Assembly: GCF_009914755.1 (NCBI RefSeq)
Contig: NC_060925.1
Source of the DNA: the human T2T-CHM13v2.0 reference genome, Homo sapiens
DNA length: 64,000 bases
Reading direction: 5' to 3' (one strand)
This document shows positions 16,098 to 41,070 of this stretch, in pieces. Positions within the stretch are counted from its first letter, which is position 1, and each line of letters opens with the position of its first letter. A program made the position numbers and the translations under genes. The notes beneath the pieces are model-generated. The model saw only the letters and a program-made list of their open reading frames with translations, was not told the origin of the DNA and searched no databases.

Positions 16098-17597
16098 ATT
16101 TAAGAAAGGGTTCACATGTTGAGTGCCTGGCACAAAGTGGGTTCCAGCAAACACCTCTCCCTCTTCTGATCATGACGTTTCAGGTACAGAGGGTAGTGTT
16201 TGGGGTGGGTAGAAACCTTCCCTGGGGTCACTGGGGTGGCAGAGGAGGGAAGGGCCCCCTTTCCCAGATGTCCTGTTTAATTCTCTTGAGAGCTCCAGGA
16301 GGTCAGTGCTATGCCCAGTTCACATATGTGGTTTGGAAGAGGCAAAGCGACCTGCCCACAGGCACAGCCAGGCTGATCAGTGCCCACTTCTCTTTGGAGG
16401 GACCCTCCCCAGGACTGCTTGGTTAGGCCCTGTGAATGTGCAGATGTGTGGGCTGCTAGTGGCCTCAATATTGGGACACTGATTGCTCCCATGAGGCCAG
16501 GACCCTTCCTGAATCTGCCCTGGCATCTGTGTGACCTGGACTCCACTTCTGAACTTGGAAGGCCTGGATGAGATGTCCCCTGGGGACCAGGGGATGAACA
16601 TTTCTCCCCTAACCTTCTCTGTGGAAACAGGAAACCTGATTCAGTGACCCCGAAGCCCCTGCCAACCTGAGGCTCCGTGTCCTCTCCAGAAGCCACCTCG
16701 CAGAAGGAATGGCTGTTGCCTCCTGCATGTCCGTCCCTCTCCGGGCCATGGAACAGTGGGGCCTGCAAATTCATTTTCTCTCATCCCCACTTTAGGAACA
16801 TCCCATCTGGGCTGCCTGGGCTCCAGTCGTTGTCTCAGGGTGGCTGGAAGGGCTCAGAGGACACAGCCTGCTGCTAAGGTGGTCTCTGGACACTGTGCCT
16901 TACGGCTCCTATCCAGAGACACCACAGCCTCAACTAAGAATTTGGAGCCCAGCTTCAAAGGGGAGAGCATAGCCTGGTTTTGCTGTTGCTGCTGAGTCGT
17001 CCGCTGGGTGCTGGGCAAGTCCCAGCCCTTCTTGCCACCCCTGCCTCTGTCATGAGCCCTTTGCAGGTAGGACTGGCTTGCAATTCAGGGAGAGATGATT
17101 GGAAAGTAGAATCCAGAATCCCGGTCTCAATGCCCCATTATATAAGGGCAGAATCAATACCCAGAGAGGGGCAATGACTTGCCCAGGGTGACCCAGCTAA
17201 GGAATGGTGGAGTTGGGCTTCAAGCCCCATGGTCACAAAGTCCTATTTGGGACTCAGGATCTTAGAGGGCAATGGTCCTGAAATGTGAACCCCAAATCCA
17301 TCTCCCACTGCATAAAACCTCTGACTTGGGTGAATCTGGGCTCCTGGAGAAGCCTGAGGGAGAATGAGCTCCCCATTTCCATGGCTTTCTGTAGCCCAGA
17401 GAAGACGCAGAGGCAGAGCCTGGGTAAAGCTGGGAAGGTCAAGGAGATGAGACCCTCCTGTGGGACAGGGTGATGCCAGCCTCCTGCCTGAGTCCTTTGG
17501 TGGAGGGATAACAGTAGGAACAGCACCATCTCACCGAGCTGCCCTGGCTACCAGGACCTTTGTACCCATCACTTCAGAGTACAAGACACTCCTGTGA

Positions 17598-18527
<930 letters not shown>

Positions 18528-18900
18528 GATGCCAGTTTACTTCTTTATGCCTCTGTTTCCTCCTCTATGGAGGGCTATTAGGATCAAACCCCTCAGCTCT
18601 GGTAGCAGCAAACACAGCACAGTTGAGGGATGGCTTTTCTGGCCTTCAGCTGGTGCTCGCTTCTCCCCCCTGTAGAGTGTGAGACTGAGGCTACTGATTG
18701 CATCTCTTCAGCCACATCCTCTGGGCTGGCTGTTAGGGACCAGAAAGGAAGCAGCCCTGGGCCCTATCCAGATGCCTCAGGGGTTGGGGTGAAGACTCAT
18801 CCACCAAAAGTGGAAGAAGCCACAGCTGACTGCTTCAGGAGGCATGCCCCCATAACCTCAGGCAGACGCTTCACTTCTCTGGCCTGTTTCTGCCTCAAAC

Positions 18901-20298
18901 TGTGTCCGGAATTGGTGGGTTCTTGGTCTCACTGACTTCAAGAATGAAGCCGTGGACCCTCGTGGTGAGTGTTACAGTTCTTAAAGGCGGCGTGTCCGGA
19001 GTTTTTTCCTTCTGATGTTCGGATGTGTTCGGAGTTTCTTCCTTCTGGTGGGGTTCGTGGTCTTCCCGGCTCAGGAGTGAAGCTGCAAACCTTCGTGGTG
19101 AGTGTTACAGCTCTTAAGGCGGCGCGTCTAGAGTTGTTCGCTCCTCCTGGTGGGTTGGTGGTCTCGCTGGCTTTAGGAGTGAAGCTGCAGACCTTCCCCG
19201 TGAGTGTTACAGCTCATAAAGGCAGTGTGGACCCAAAGAGTGAGCAGCAGCAAGATTTACTGCAAAGAGCAAAAGAACAAATTTTCCACAATATGTATGG
19301 AGACCCCACAGGATTGCTATGGAGACCCCAGAGGATTGCCACTGCTGGCTCAGGCAGCCTGCTTTTATCCTCTTATCTGGCCCCACCCACATCCTGCTGA
19401 TTGGTCCATTTTACAGAGTGCCCAGCAGTCTGTTTTGACAGGGCGCTGATTGGTGCGTTTACAATCCCTGAGCTAGACACAAAGGTTCTCCACGTCCCCA
19501 CCAGATTAGCTAGATGCAGAGTGTGGACACAAAGGTTCTCCAAGTTCCCACTAGAGTAGCTAGATACAGAGTGTCCATTGGTGCATTCACAAACCCTGAG
19601 CTAGACACAGGGTGCTGATTGGTGTGTTTACAAACCTTGAGCTAGATACAGAGTGCCGATTGGTGTATTTACAATCCCTTAGCTAGACATAAAGGTTCTC
19701 CAAGTCCCCACCAGACTCAGGAGCCCAGCTGGCTTCACCCAGTGGATCCCACACCGGGGCCACAGGTTGAGCTGCCTGCCAGTCCCGTGCCCTGTGCCCG
19801 CACTCCTCAGCCCTTGGGTGGTCAATGGGACTGGGCGCCGTGGAGCAGGGGGCGGCGCTCGTCGGGGAGGCTAGGGCCGCACAGGAGCCCACAGAGGGAG
19901 GGGGGATGCTCAGGCATGGCGGGCTGCAGGTCCCGAGCCCTGCCCGGAGGGAAGGCAGCTAAGGCCCGGCGAGAAATTGAGCACAGCAGCTGCTGGCCCA
20001 GGTGCTAAGCCCCTCACTGCCCAGAGCCAGCGGGGCCTGCCGAGCTCACGCCCACCCGGAACTCGCGCTGGCCGGCAAGCACCGCGCGCAGCCCGGGTTC
20101 CCGCCCGCGCCTCTCCCTCCACACCTCCCCGCAAGCTGAGGGAGCCGGCTCCGGCCTTGGCCAGCCCAGAAAGGGGCTCCCACAGTGCAGCGGCGGGCTG
20201 AAGGGCTCCTCAAGTGCCGCCAAAGTGGGAGCCCAGGCAGAGGAGGCGCCCAGAGCGAGCGAGGGCTGTGAGGACTGCCAGCATGCTGTCACCTCTCA
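18901..20298 (-). mobile_element. Solo ERV9 LTR (LTR12C-like)
   Basis: Minus strand begins TGAGAGGTGACAGCATGCTGGC and ends CCACCAATTCCGGACACA; tandem U3 repeats with CCAAT motifs (plus-strand gattggt) and U5 repeats (gtgagtgttacag); flanks AAAC/AGAC form a 4-bp TSD with one mismatch. Confidence 0.93.
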
Positions 20299-20420
20299 AG
20301 ACTACCTGCCAATTACCCATCTCAGAGGGTCGTCAGAGATCGCTGAGCCCTGCCAGAGGTGCCGGATAAACCTTAGCTGCCTTTATTGTTATTGTTATTA
20401 TTTCTGCTTCTATTAACTGA

Positions 20421-20745
<325 letters not shown>

Positions 20746-21116
20746 TTTTTCAAATTATTGAATGTTCCAGTGGACTCAGCCTGGATCAGACATCTATCTC
20801 CAGTCCAATCAGCTAAGGACTAGAGGGAGGGAGAGAACAGGGTCAGGAAGCCTGGACAGGCTGGACACGTGGATTCTCTCAGAAGCCTGGGAGGTGGTGA
20901 TGGGGGTCCCTGCAAGTGACTGGCAGCCTAGGGAGTGCGCAGGCTGGACCTTGGGAGTTGGGTGATCCAAGGGCTTGAAGTAGGGCTGCTGGCTGGAAGT
21001 GGGACTGTGGGCACTCACCTGCCACCCGTGTGTCCAGCAGAAGAGTGAGGCTGGAGGGTCCTATGAAGATCTGCTTCTCACTTCTCCCTTTGGGAGGGCT
21101 TATAGGTCACAGGTCA

Positions 21117-22383
<1,267 letters not shown>

Positions 22384-22849
22384 TTACTCCAGTGTAACCC
22401 ACTGCCAACAGCCTGGTACTCGAGGCCGTAGTAAGCTCTTGTTAAATAGTTGGAAATGGGATGATTGCCAGTTACAGAACAATGGGCCTGGCTCATGCTG
22501 CCAGAGTAGTTTGAGAGCGGGTTCTTGCTAGAGCAAGAGAGAGGGGAGTTAGTCTTCGCTTGCAGCTGGAGCAGTAGCTGTCCCGAGTGGGCAGGGAGGC
22601 CCTGGCCCTCTCCTTCCTGTTGCTCTGCCCTCCCTCGGGTGTGGCACTCTCCCTGTTTGGTGGTTGAAGACACTTGCTGTTCCCTCTCCCGAGTCTGCAG
22701 ACCATTGCAAGGCACCGAATGCACACCCAGAACGCTCATCCAGCACGCCCTTTTTCTCAAGTAGGGTGCGTGGCCATGTGGGAGACAACTCGGAGTCTTT
22801 GCCACAGACACCACGGGGACACGGCTCTTCCATTTGGTGACAAATCGCA

Positions 22850-23480
22850 CTGCTGGTGAGATACTGAGCTGCGCGTCGCTGGGAAGGAAAGCAGAGGCTG
22901 GACCTCTGGGATTCCCGGTGAGAATCCTGCAGGGCAGGCCCCAGGTGGAGGGGGCGACCCCGGTCTCCAGGGCCGGGGGAGGCAGCGAGGCCCAAGGACA
23001 GGCGGCGGAGGCGGGAGGCGGCGAATGGGCTCCTCCCGAGGCCCGGACCAACCCCTGGCCGTGAGGCCGCGCCCCGCCGCGTTCAGCGAAGGGAAGCAGG
23101 CACCCCGCCCGGCTCTCCGCTGCCTCCACACTCGGGGACCCTGGGCGCTCACGTGTTCCCCTCTGGGCCTCAGGATTCAAGGATGCGCCCTCTTGCAAAC
23201 AGTCCGTGGCCTGCGACAGAAAGAAAACCCCTGGGAGCGGTCGGGGTGGGGACCCACAAAACGCTGTGGCTAAACCGCATGGCGCCAAGCCCGATCGGAG
23301 CGTGGCGTGGGAATCGAGTCAAATTTACCCTGCTAGGTGCGGCTCCAACAAGGTCCCGGGTACTCCTCTAACGCCCAGTGAGGGCAGCACTGCCTTTGTC
23401 CCTGCCCCACGGACAGGACACGGAGGCTCCGACATACAAAAGGACTTAACCCGAGGGGAAATGTTAGAGCCGGGCTCCAA
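22850..23480. promoter_or_regulatory. Orphan CpG-rich island / putative promoter or enhancer
   Basis: Locally dense CpG outside any Alu; GC boxes ~23000-23080, GGGATTCCC 22908-22916, CACGTG 23150-23155, ATGGCG 23279-23284. Confidence 0.7.
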
Positions 23481-24733
23481 CCCAGGACTTCCTGAGTCTA
23501 AGCCCAATCTGGCCCTAGACGAGCTGCCACGGTGGGCTGCACCCTCCACGGCAGGAGCTTGCCTGGCCTTGCTTCTTAGGTGAGTGTCCAGCCCAGGCCT
23601 TTAGAAGTTTGCTTCTTTATCAGGTCACATGTTTTTGGACATTTGTGATCACTGCTTTGCCATTGCAAAGGGGGACAAGAGGCCCAGGGAGCCCCCTCAT
23701 TTACCAGCCCCTTCCTGGGAGGCTCAGAAAGCAGCCAGCTGCCCCCACATGCACGGTGGCCTGTGCATCAGTGTAGCTTGGCGGGTCATTTTACAGAGGA
23801 GGCGACCAAGGAGGTGGCAGGCTGCAGTCGGGGTCCCCAAGGTGATACCTCCATCTCCAGTGTCAAGGCTCTGAGGAGGGAGCTGGGGACCTCAGGAGGC
23901 AGTGGCAGTGGAGGAGCTGGTGTGGATGAACCTGAAAGGGGCAGGAAAGGCACTTGGGCAGCCTGGAGCAGGCAGGAGTTGTCACCCGCTCTCTCTAAGC
24001 CAGCCCTGCACAAAGCCACTGGCCTTACCTCCTGCAGGTGAAGCAGGTACAGAGCTACCTTCTGCTTCCAGCCTCGGGGGTGAAATGACCCCCTGCTAAA
24101 GTCACACAGAGTATGGGGCAGCATCAGGACTACAGGCCAAATCATCTGACTCCAGAGCCCTCTCTACACAGAGCTGGGAGGTAAAGGTATGAATTATTCC
24201 CATTTTACAGGTGAGGAAGCAATGGCCCAGAGAGTTTAAGTAGCTTGTTCAAGGTCACACAGCAAGAAAATAGAGACAGCCATACCACTCCTAGAATCTC
24301 CAGTGTCCTCACCTGCACTCAACTCAATGTGTGAAACTCCCGACTCACGCCTGGCGTGTGCTCGGTGCACAGTCCATGTTAGATCCTTTGTTTGGTCTTC
24401 TACAGATATTTTGAAAGACATTTTATGTCTGTAATATACAGTCAGGAGAGACAGCCAAAAGGATGTGGAGAAAATGTCCTCAGATGGTTGGAGGTCTTGA
24501 AGGTTTTCTTCCCAGGGACGCCAGCACCTCTGATCACTGAGGCGAAACCCCCTGCCTGAAGTGCTTGTTCAACATGCTTCTGCAACATCACTTGGTCCTC
24601 GAAAATTTCTGGTTTGGGAGAACTGCCAACGATGCCCCTAGAGACCTTTCAAACCTCTTTGCTAATTCCTCTTGCCAAGAGATGCTTGAGAGGAAAAATT
24701 AACATGAATAAAAGATCATTGAAAGAATCTACA

Positions 24734-25063
<330 letters not shown>

Positions 25064-25582
25064 CTAAGCGACAATGTTTTGTTGTCTACGTTGTAGTTGC
25101 TGGTGTATGTGCGGTTGGAAGTAAATTCAGGAGTAGGGAAAAGTAATTGCTGTGCGTGAACCCCGGTGGCTGTGGAGTGGCACCCTGGGGGATCCACCAG
25201 CCCGCCCTGGTGTCAGGCTTGGATGGTTTCCACTTTTCTTGCTGTTATAAATAACACCAGTTTAAACACCTTTGTACTTGGAGCACTTTTCTTTGAGTTG
25301 TCACCTCAGGATAGATGCCCAGGAGTGGGAGTTCTCATGCAGCTCCTGCCAGTGATTTCTGGCCGCCGCAGCAGTGTGGGAGTGGAGTTCACGGTCACAG
25401 CCTGGCTGTGCGCTGGGTTTCATAATAGATACCAGGTGTAACGCGATACCGCGGGGTTGTCCTAATTTGCATTTCCTTAGGACTATCCCAGAGTTCTTCA
25501 TAGACTCTCTAAGAAACATCAGGGTTTCCTGGAAAGTGTGAATTAAGGACAAATATTCTATCTGATAAAAAAAAAAAAAAAG

Positions 25583-31183
<5,601 letters not shown>

Positions 31184-31826
31184 CCTACTCTGACAGTCTT
31201 TTATTTAGGCCATTGACATTTAGCCATGAAAGAAATAGCCTAATATTTACATTTGTTACTGTTTTCATTGTTCTTTGTTCCTCTTTTTGTCTTGCATTTT
31301 GGGGGCCAGGTGGATAATTATGGGGAGAAGGGTATGTGTAGATTTTGAGCACCCAAAAGGGTAGATTATAGTGGACTTTTGTATTTCTCTGGCTGCTTCC
31401 TATTTTTGGGAAATTTCCTATTGTGTACATTTTCACACAAACAGTGCAGTATTAATGCATCGTTTTCCACTGAGGAAATTAAATTGAGCCAACCTCCTTC
31501 TCTTCACTCTTCCGGTACTCCCAGGCAGACCTTTGAGTCTTGATCAGATGATGATGTAACAATTAAAACATACTTACAGCAGTGGGCTAGTGGCATTGTT
31601 CTGCAGCAACTTGAAGATATTTTTCTTGAAGAAAGCAGACTCTGTCCTGTAGAAATCCTGCCTTGACTTCAATCTGGGTTCAAATCTTAGCTGTTATTAA
31701 CTCACTTGTAAGACTTCAAATGTCTTCCTGTAACTATCACAAATAATGACATTTTAGGAGAGAATCAGAAAAATCTAGAGATGTATCCCACATTGTCACT
31801 AGCGGTGCTACATTGATTAAATAATT

Positions 31827-32728
<902 letters not shown>

Positions 32729-33496
32729 CCAAATCACTCCACTTCTGAGCTTTGGTCTTCATCTTTTAAAATGGGATAATGTAATGTAGATAAAAGCAAC
32801 TCGCTCATAGTAGGTGCTGGTAGGCAAATGAATCAAATTTAGGGTCTTCCTTTTGGTTACCCAAGGCCTTTCATTGGACTGTGAATGGCTAAGAGGTGGC
32901 AGGAGAGTCCCTTGGAATGATTTGCTACACAGTGAGCACTGACTGATGCTCACCAAGCACTATCTGGTTCACAGGTGTTCAGTACTGAGATCATCATGGA
33001 CTAATCCCTGTGACACCAGTCCTACAAGTAACACATACATTCCATGGGAGGGGAGCCTTGCTGTTCATACTTTATCCCCAGAGGCTAGAACAGTGCTTGG
33101 CCTACGCAGAAGGCACTCCAAATGTAAATATAAGGTGGGGCGGGGGGGTGGGACATCATACTAGTCTCATTTGCAATTGGGCCCAGCAATAGTGAACACA
33201 AGAAGCTGTGAAAACAAAATGAAAAATGAACATGAAAATACCCAGTGTTCTTTCTCCAGTGCACATTCAGAATTCAATAGATGAGAGTTTCCATCTTTCT
33301 TGTTGATTTATCCTCTTTTCATTCAGAATCCAACACAAAAGCATTCAAAAATTGCTGGGAAAAACATGACCAATGGTCCTGTCTGTGTACACATGGAATT
33401 TCCTTGCCACTATTAACACAGTGCTGAACTTATTTGGTTAGAATCCATGTGCCTTAAACATTTAATGCTCATGATATCGAGTTTATTAAATTTTCA

Positions 33497-33792
33497 ATAT
33501 TTTTTTTTTTTTGAGACAGAGTCTCGCTCTGTCGCCCAGGCCAGAGTGCAGTGGTGCGATCTGGGCTCACTGCAAGCTCTGCCTCCCGGGTTCACGCCAT
33601 TCTCCTGCCTCAGCCTCCTGAGTAGCTGGGACTACAGGCGCCCATCACCACACCCAGCTAATTTTTTGTATTTTTAGTAGAGACGGGGTTTCACCATGTT
33701 AGCCAGGATGGTGTCTATCTCCTGACCTCCTGATCCGCCTGCCTCGGCCTCCCAAAGTGCTGGGATTACAGGTGTGAGACACCGGGCCTGGC
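33497..33792 (-). mobile_element. AluY-like
   Basis: Reverse dimer; TSD agtttattaaatt. Confidence 0.92.
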
Positions 33793-33822
33793 AAGTTTAT
33801 TAAATTACATAAACATGCCTGA

Positions 33823-34505
<683 letters not shown>

Positions 34506-35345
34506 TCAAAACTCAACTAATTTCCCCTGTCATCTTCCCCATTCCTCAGATGATGCCTCATCATTCTGTGACTGCTTCCGATAGCTCCTTTGCCAGGACA
34601 TTTGCCAAGTCTTGCTAATCTTGCCTCTTCTGCTCCCTCCTATCATGGCTTTGATCAAGCAGGCCCCGTATCATCTGGGGTTGCATGCCCTGAACTATTG
34701 GGTTCCCTGCATCCAATCCTTCACAATGCTGTCAGGTCTAGAAGCATAACCCTACTCCCCGCACCCTCCTATTCAAATACCTTCAATGTTACCCAGTGCT
34801 TACAGGATAAAGGTCAAATTCCTCTTCCTGGTATCCATGGCCCTCTATGACACAATCCATTTTGTTAAACTCTAACTCTCCAGTATCAAACTCCACGTTT
34901 CCTGGGCACAGTACCCTGTGCTTTCCCAACTCCATGAAAGCCATGCTCACAGGCTTTCAATAGGAATGCGTCCCACCCTACATCCCCAAAAGGTTCAGCT
35001 TAAGTGCTACCTCTGATCCCAGATGAAGTTCTGACTCTGTTCTCTGAATATCCACTTTGCCTTCATCACTAGCAACTAGATCACAAACTCCAGGAGGGCA
35101 AGAGACACTCTACTTTCGTATTTCCAATGCATTCGAAGATTTTGGTCTATAGGAAGCAACAGGACAGTTGTTTTAAGCCTAGGGACAGCCCCCAACAAAT
35201 TCACAGGCAGCAGTCAAGTGAATCTCCTTTCCCAAGATTTTGCTGCAGCATGTAATGAAAGCCCTCAAGCATCCTCCCTGCTGTGATGCCCCTCAACAGT
35301 CCCTCAAGGGCTGAGACCAGATTGGAACCACTGTACTTCTGGTAC

Positions 35346-35934
35346 CTCCTAGAGAGCTAGGCCAAACAAGCAGTGGAAGAATAATTAGGACAAAAGTTAT
35401 CCAGTAGGCCAGGCGCGGTGGCTCATGTCCGTAATCCCAACACTTTGGGAGGCTGAGGTGGGCAGATCACCTCAGGTCAGGAGTTCGAGACCAGCCTGAC
35501 CAATATGATGAAACCCCGTCTCTACTAAAAATACAAAAATTAGCCGGAAGTGGTGGCATGTACCTATGATCCCAACTACTTGGGAGGCTGACAGGAGAAT
35601 CACTTGAACCTGGTTGGTGGAGACTGTAGTGAGCTGAGACTGCACCACTGCACTCCAGCCTGGGCAACAAGAGCAAAACTGTCTCAGGAAAAAAAAAAAA
35701 AAAAAAGTCCAGTATAGTTTTTTCCCCCTGGTTTTTGATTAGTTCAGATCTTAATGTGATGAGATCATGATACCGCAGATTCATGGCAATTTCGACAAAC
35801 AGCACAGAACTCTATATTCATGAACAACTCATCTGGTAATGCTCCAAGTTTCCAAACTGATTCATTCTTCATCAGCCTGGCCATACGTTTCTTAAGAGAA
35901 AGGATGATAAATTCCTCGGAAACCTGCCTTTATT
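35346..35934 (-). pseudogene. Candidate decayed coding exon, split by one Alu
   Basis: Acceptor tttttctcaccaacAG (35935-35936), protein-like frames linked by one frameshift, donor GAG|GTACCA (35345-35340). Confidence 0.3.
35407..35706 (+). mobile_element. Alu (AluS-like)
   Basis: Full dimer; TSD aaaagt(ta)tccagta. Confidence 0.92.
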
Positions 35935-36018
35935 CTGTTGGTGAGAAAAATCCTTTAGGAACGTGTTGGTTCCCTAAGATGGGTGATCCCAAGGAACAAA
36001 ACAGTCATTACACATGAA

Positions 36019-36319
36019 CTTTTTTTTTTTTTTTTTTTGAGACGGAGTCTCGCTCTGTCGCCCAGGCTGGAGTACAGTGGCGTGATCTCAGCTCACTGTA
36101 ACCTCCACCCCTCGGGGTTCAAGCGATTCTCCTGCCTCATTCTCCTGAGTAGCTGGGATTACTGGCGTGTACCACCATGCCTGGCTAATTTTTGTATTTT
36201 CAGTAGAGACGGGGTTTCACCATGTTGGTCAGGCTGGTCTCGAACTCCTGACATTGTGATCCGTCTGCCTAAGCCTCACAAACTGTTGGGATTACGGGCG
36301 TGAGCCACCGTGCCCGGCC
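36019..36319 (-). mobile_element. Alu just downstream of the SRSF4 poly(A) site
   Basis: Reverse dimer; TSD tacacatgaacttttt. Confidence 0.93.
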
Positions 36320-36399
36320 TACACATGAACTTTTTATGCTAAGAAAAGACATATCAAGATATATCAGAAAGTACAACTTCAATTCAAACACCATGAAAT

Positions 36400-37065
36400 T
36401 TTGTCAAGCAAAAATAGTCTTTATTCAAATTTAATGGAAACAGGGGTCACTATACTTTGCAAGACGGGGAAAAATAAAATTAAAAAAAATTCTTTTCTTT
36501 TCTTTTTTAATATAAAACAATATAATCACAATACCAGAATATGGAACTCTACAGTTTATTTCCTATGGGTTACTGCAGGTATCAATTTTCCTCGACTGTG
36601 CTATTCACAACTTTGTTAAGTCCAAAAATATGAAACCAAAGTGGTAGGAAACTTAAGACTTAGCACTTTCACTAAATGGCATACATCGAAGGGCATCAAT
36701 TCAAGAGCAAAAATGGTTGAACTCACCATACCTACCTATGTGGTCATTCCAGCCTTAGAGCCGTCCAGGTTACTGAGCTCCCTGTAGGAAAGGCCAGGCC
36801 TGAAAGCCAAGGCGTTTTGGATATTCTACTGTGGGCCATGAGTAAAAGGGGATTTTCAAAGAGAAAATTTTTTTCAGTCGAGCAGGAAGGCCTGGTGCCA
36901 GGAGGCTTTACTGAGAGGAAGCACTTAGATTTAACAATTATAGACACACCATTAGGGGAGTTAAAAATGTACAGCAGTGACATGTTCTACTCCAATCACT
37001 TGTGCTACGGCTACCAAACATGTACAAAAGACTTCTCGGGTAGTTCCAGCTGTGGCCATAGCCAG
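36400..37065 (-). other. SRSF4: SRSF4 3'UTR
   Basis: Lies between the TAA at 37068-37066 and the PAS at 36425-36420. Confidence 0.85.
36420..36425 (-). terminator. SRSF4 polyadenylation signal AATAAA (second copy at 36555-36560)
   Basis: Plus-strand TTTATT, adjacent ATTAAA at 36430-36435, U/GU-rich downstream on the minus strand. Confidence 0.8.
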
Positions 37066-37882
37066 TTAGGACCTTGAGTGGGACCTAGATCTAGATCGGG
37101 AGGGCGATCTGGAAGCAGACCTGGATCTAGACTTGGACCGAGATCGGGTTTTTGAAGCTGACTTTGATCTGGAGCGTGATTCTGATGGAAGGTTTGGTTT
37201 CGATTTGGAATTGGATCTCGACCTGGACCGGGTCTCCTGATTGGTGCCAGCATTCTCACTCTCTCCTCGACCTTCCCTCTGGCTGGATTCAGACTTGGCA
37301 TGTTCCCGCTCCTTTGACACGGAGCGGGATGGAGATCTGGACTGGGAGCGGTCAGTGTCTTCCTTCTTCTTCTTCTTGCTGCTGCCCGCCTTGCTGTCTC
37401 GCTTGCTGCCTCGCTTTCTGCTCCTCTCACTCTTGCTGCGGCTGCGACTGCGACTGCGGCTCTCCTCTCTGCTTCTCTTCCTGCCCTTCCTCTTGTCCTT
37501 GCTCTTGCTGCGGCTCCTGCTCCGGCTCCTGCTGCCCCCTTTGCTCCTGCTCCGGCTCCGACTCTGGCGGAGGCTCTTCTCCTGGCTCCTGCCCCTGCTC
37601 ACACTCCCTCGCTTCTCCTCCTCCACTCTCCTCTCCTGACTCCTGCTCCGACTTTTGCTCTTACTTTTATGCCTGCTAGGACTCCGGCTCTTGGGTTTCC
37701 CGACATTGTCATTGTTTTGGATCTTCTCTTCAGCTTGGTCTTTGCTCTTGCTGCGGCTCTTGCCAGCGCTATGGCTGCGGCTGCGGCTCTTTTCCTTGCT
37801 GGGGCTCCTGCTTTTCTCTTTCTTGCTCCGGCTCCGACTCTGGCTCCGGCTCCGGCTCTTGCTCCGGGAGCGGGAGCCCGAC
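37066..37882 (-). CDS. SRSF4: SRSF4 exon 6 coding part (RS domain)
   Basis: Acceptor ctcctcAG (37883-37884); 817 nt of RS/SK repeats ending [12 protein letters not shown]. Exons 143+113+215+90+817 plus a 107-nt coding exon 1 (outside the window, from recall) give 1485 nt = 494 aa. Confidence 0.97.
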
Positions 37883-38054
37883 CTGAGGAGACATGGGATA
37901 CTGTTTGTGTCACATGTGACTTCATGCTAATCAGGAGATAAAAAGACCAAAGGGCATACATGTGGAGTTACACCCCCCAATATAAAGCATGGCTGGCACT
38001 GGCTGAGGATTGTTTTCTGAACCCTCACAATGCCAATCAGAAGCTGGAAAAACT

Positions 38055-39219
<1,165 letters not shown>

Positions 39220-39689
39220 AAGATTTTCAATATGTACAGCACTGGCTGTGTCCAGGCACAAACTCTCTCTTGGGTTCTAGGTCCACAGATGAAGTCACCT
39301 GCAAACCTTCCATCTGGATGGTTCACCTGAACCTCTTAGCAGCTCCTGAAATTCTAACTGTCCCCGATGCCGGCTCCTTTTGCTGGGCTCCTTATGTGCA
39401 CTGATGCCACTGTTATTCATATGGTTCCTCGTAACAGAAATCACAGCCATCCTTGACTCCCCCGTCTTTCCCCTATCCCCTTACACACCCACGATCATGC
39501 CTCCTGATCTTCGGTCTTTCTACCTCTGCTGCTGCCTCTCTGGGCAAGCCACCATTATCTCTCCCCTTGTTCAACAACCAGCCTTTCTGTGTATACTTTT
39601 CCCCTTTACGATCTATTCAACTCACTGTGACGAGAGCTGTTTTAAAGAGACCGACAATCCAAGCTTTACAAAATTTTTTTAATGCATCC

Positions 39690-41070
<1,381 letters not shown>

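Noticed and set aside
19390-19720. Regularly spaced repeats superficially like a CRISPR array
   Set aside because: These are the tandem U3 enhancer repeats of LTR12; there are no unique spacers or cas genes and the context is eukaryotic.
18969-20292. ORFs within the LTR12
   Set aside because: Non-coding LTR sequence with no gag/pol/env similarity.
33206-33241. Apparent GT...AG intron after the OTU-like segment
   Set aside because: Only 36 nt, too short for a spliceosomal intron. One of the two sites is spurious, so the 3' boundary of that remnant is uncertain.
37152-37961. Leu- or Cys-rich antisense ORFs and an alternative-frame ORF over SRSF4 exon 6
   Set aside because: By-products of the hexamer-periodic RS-coding repeats.
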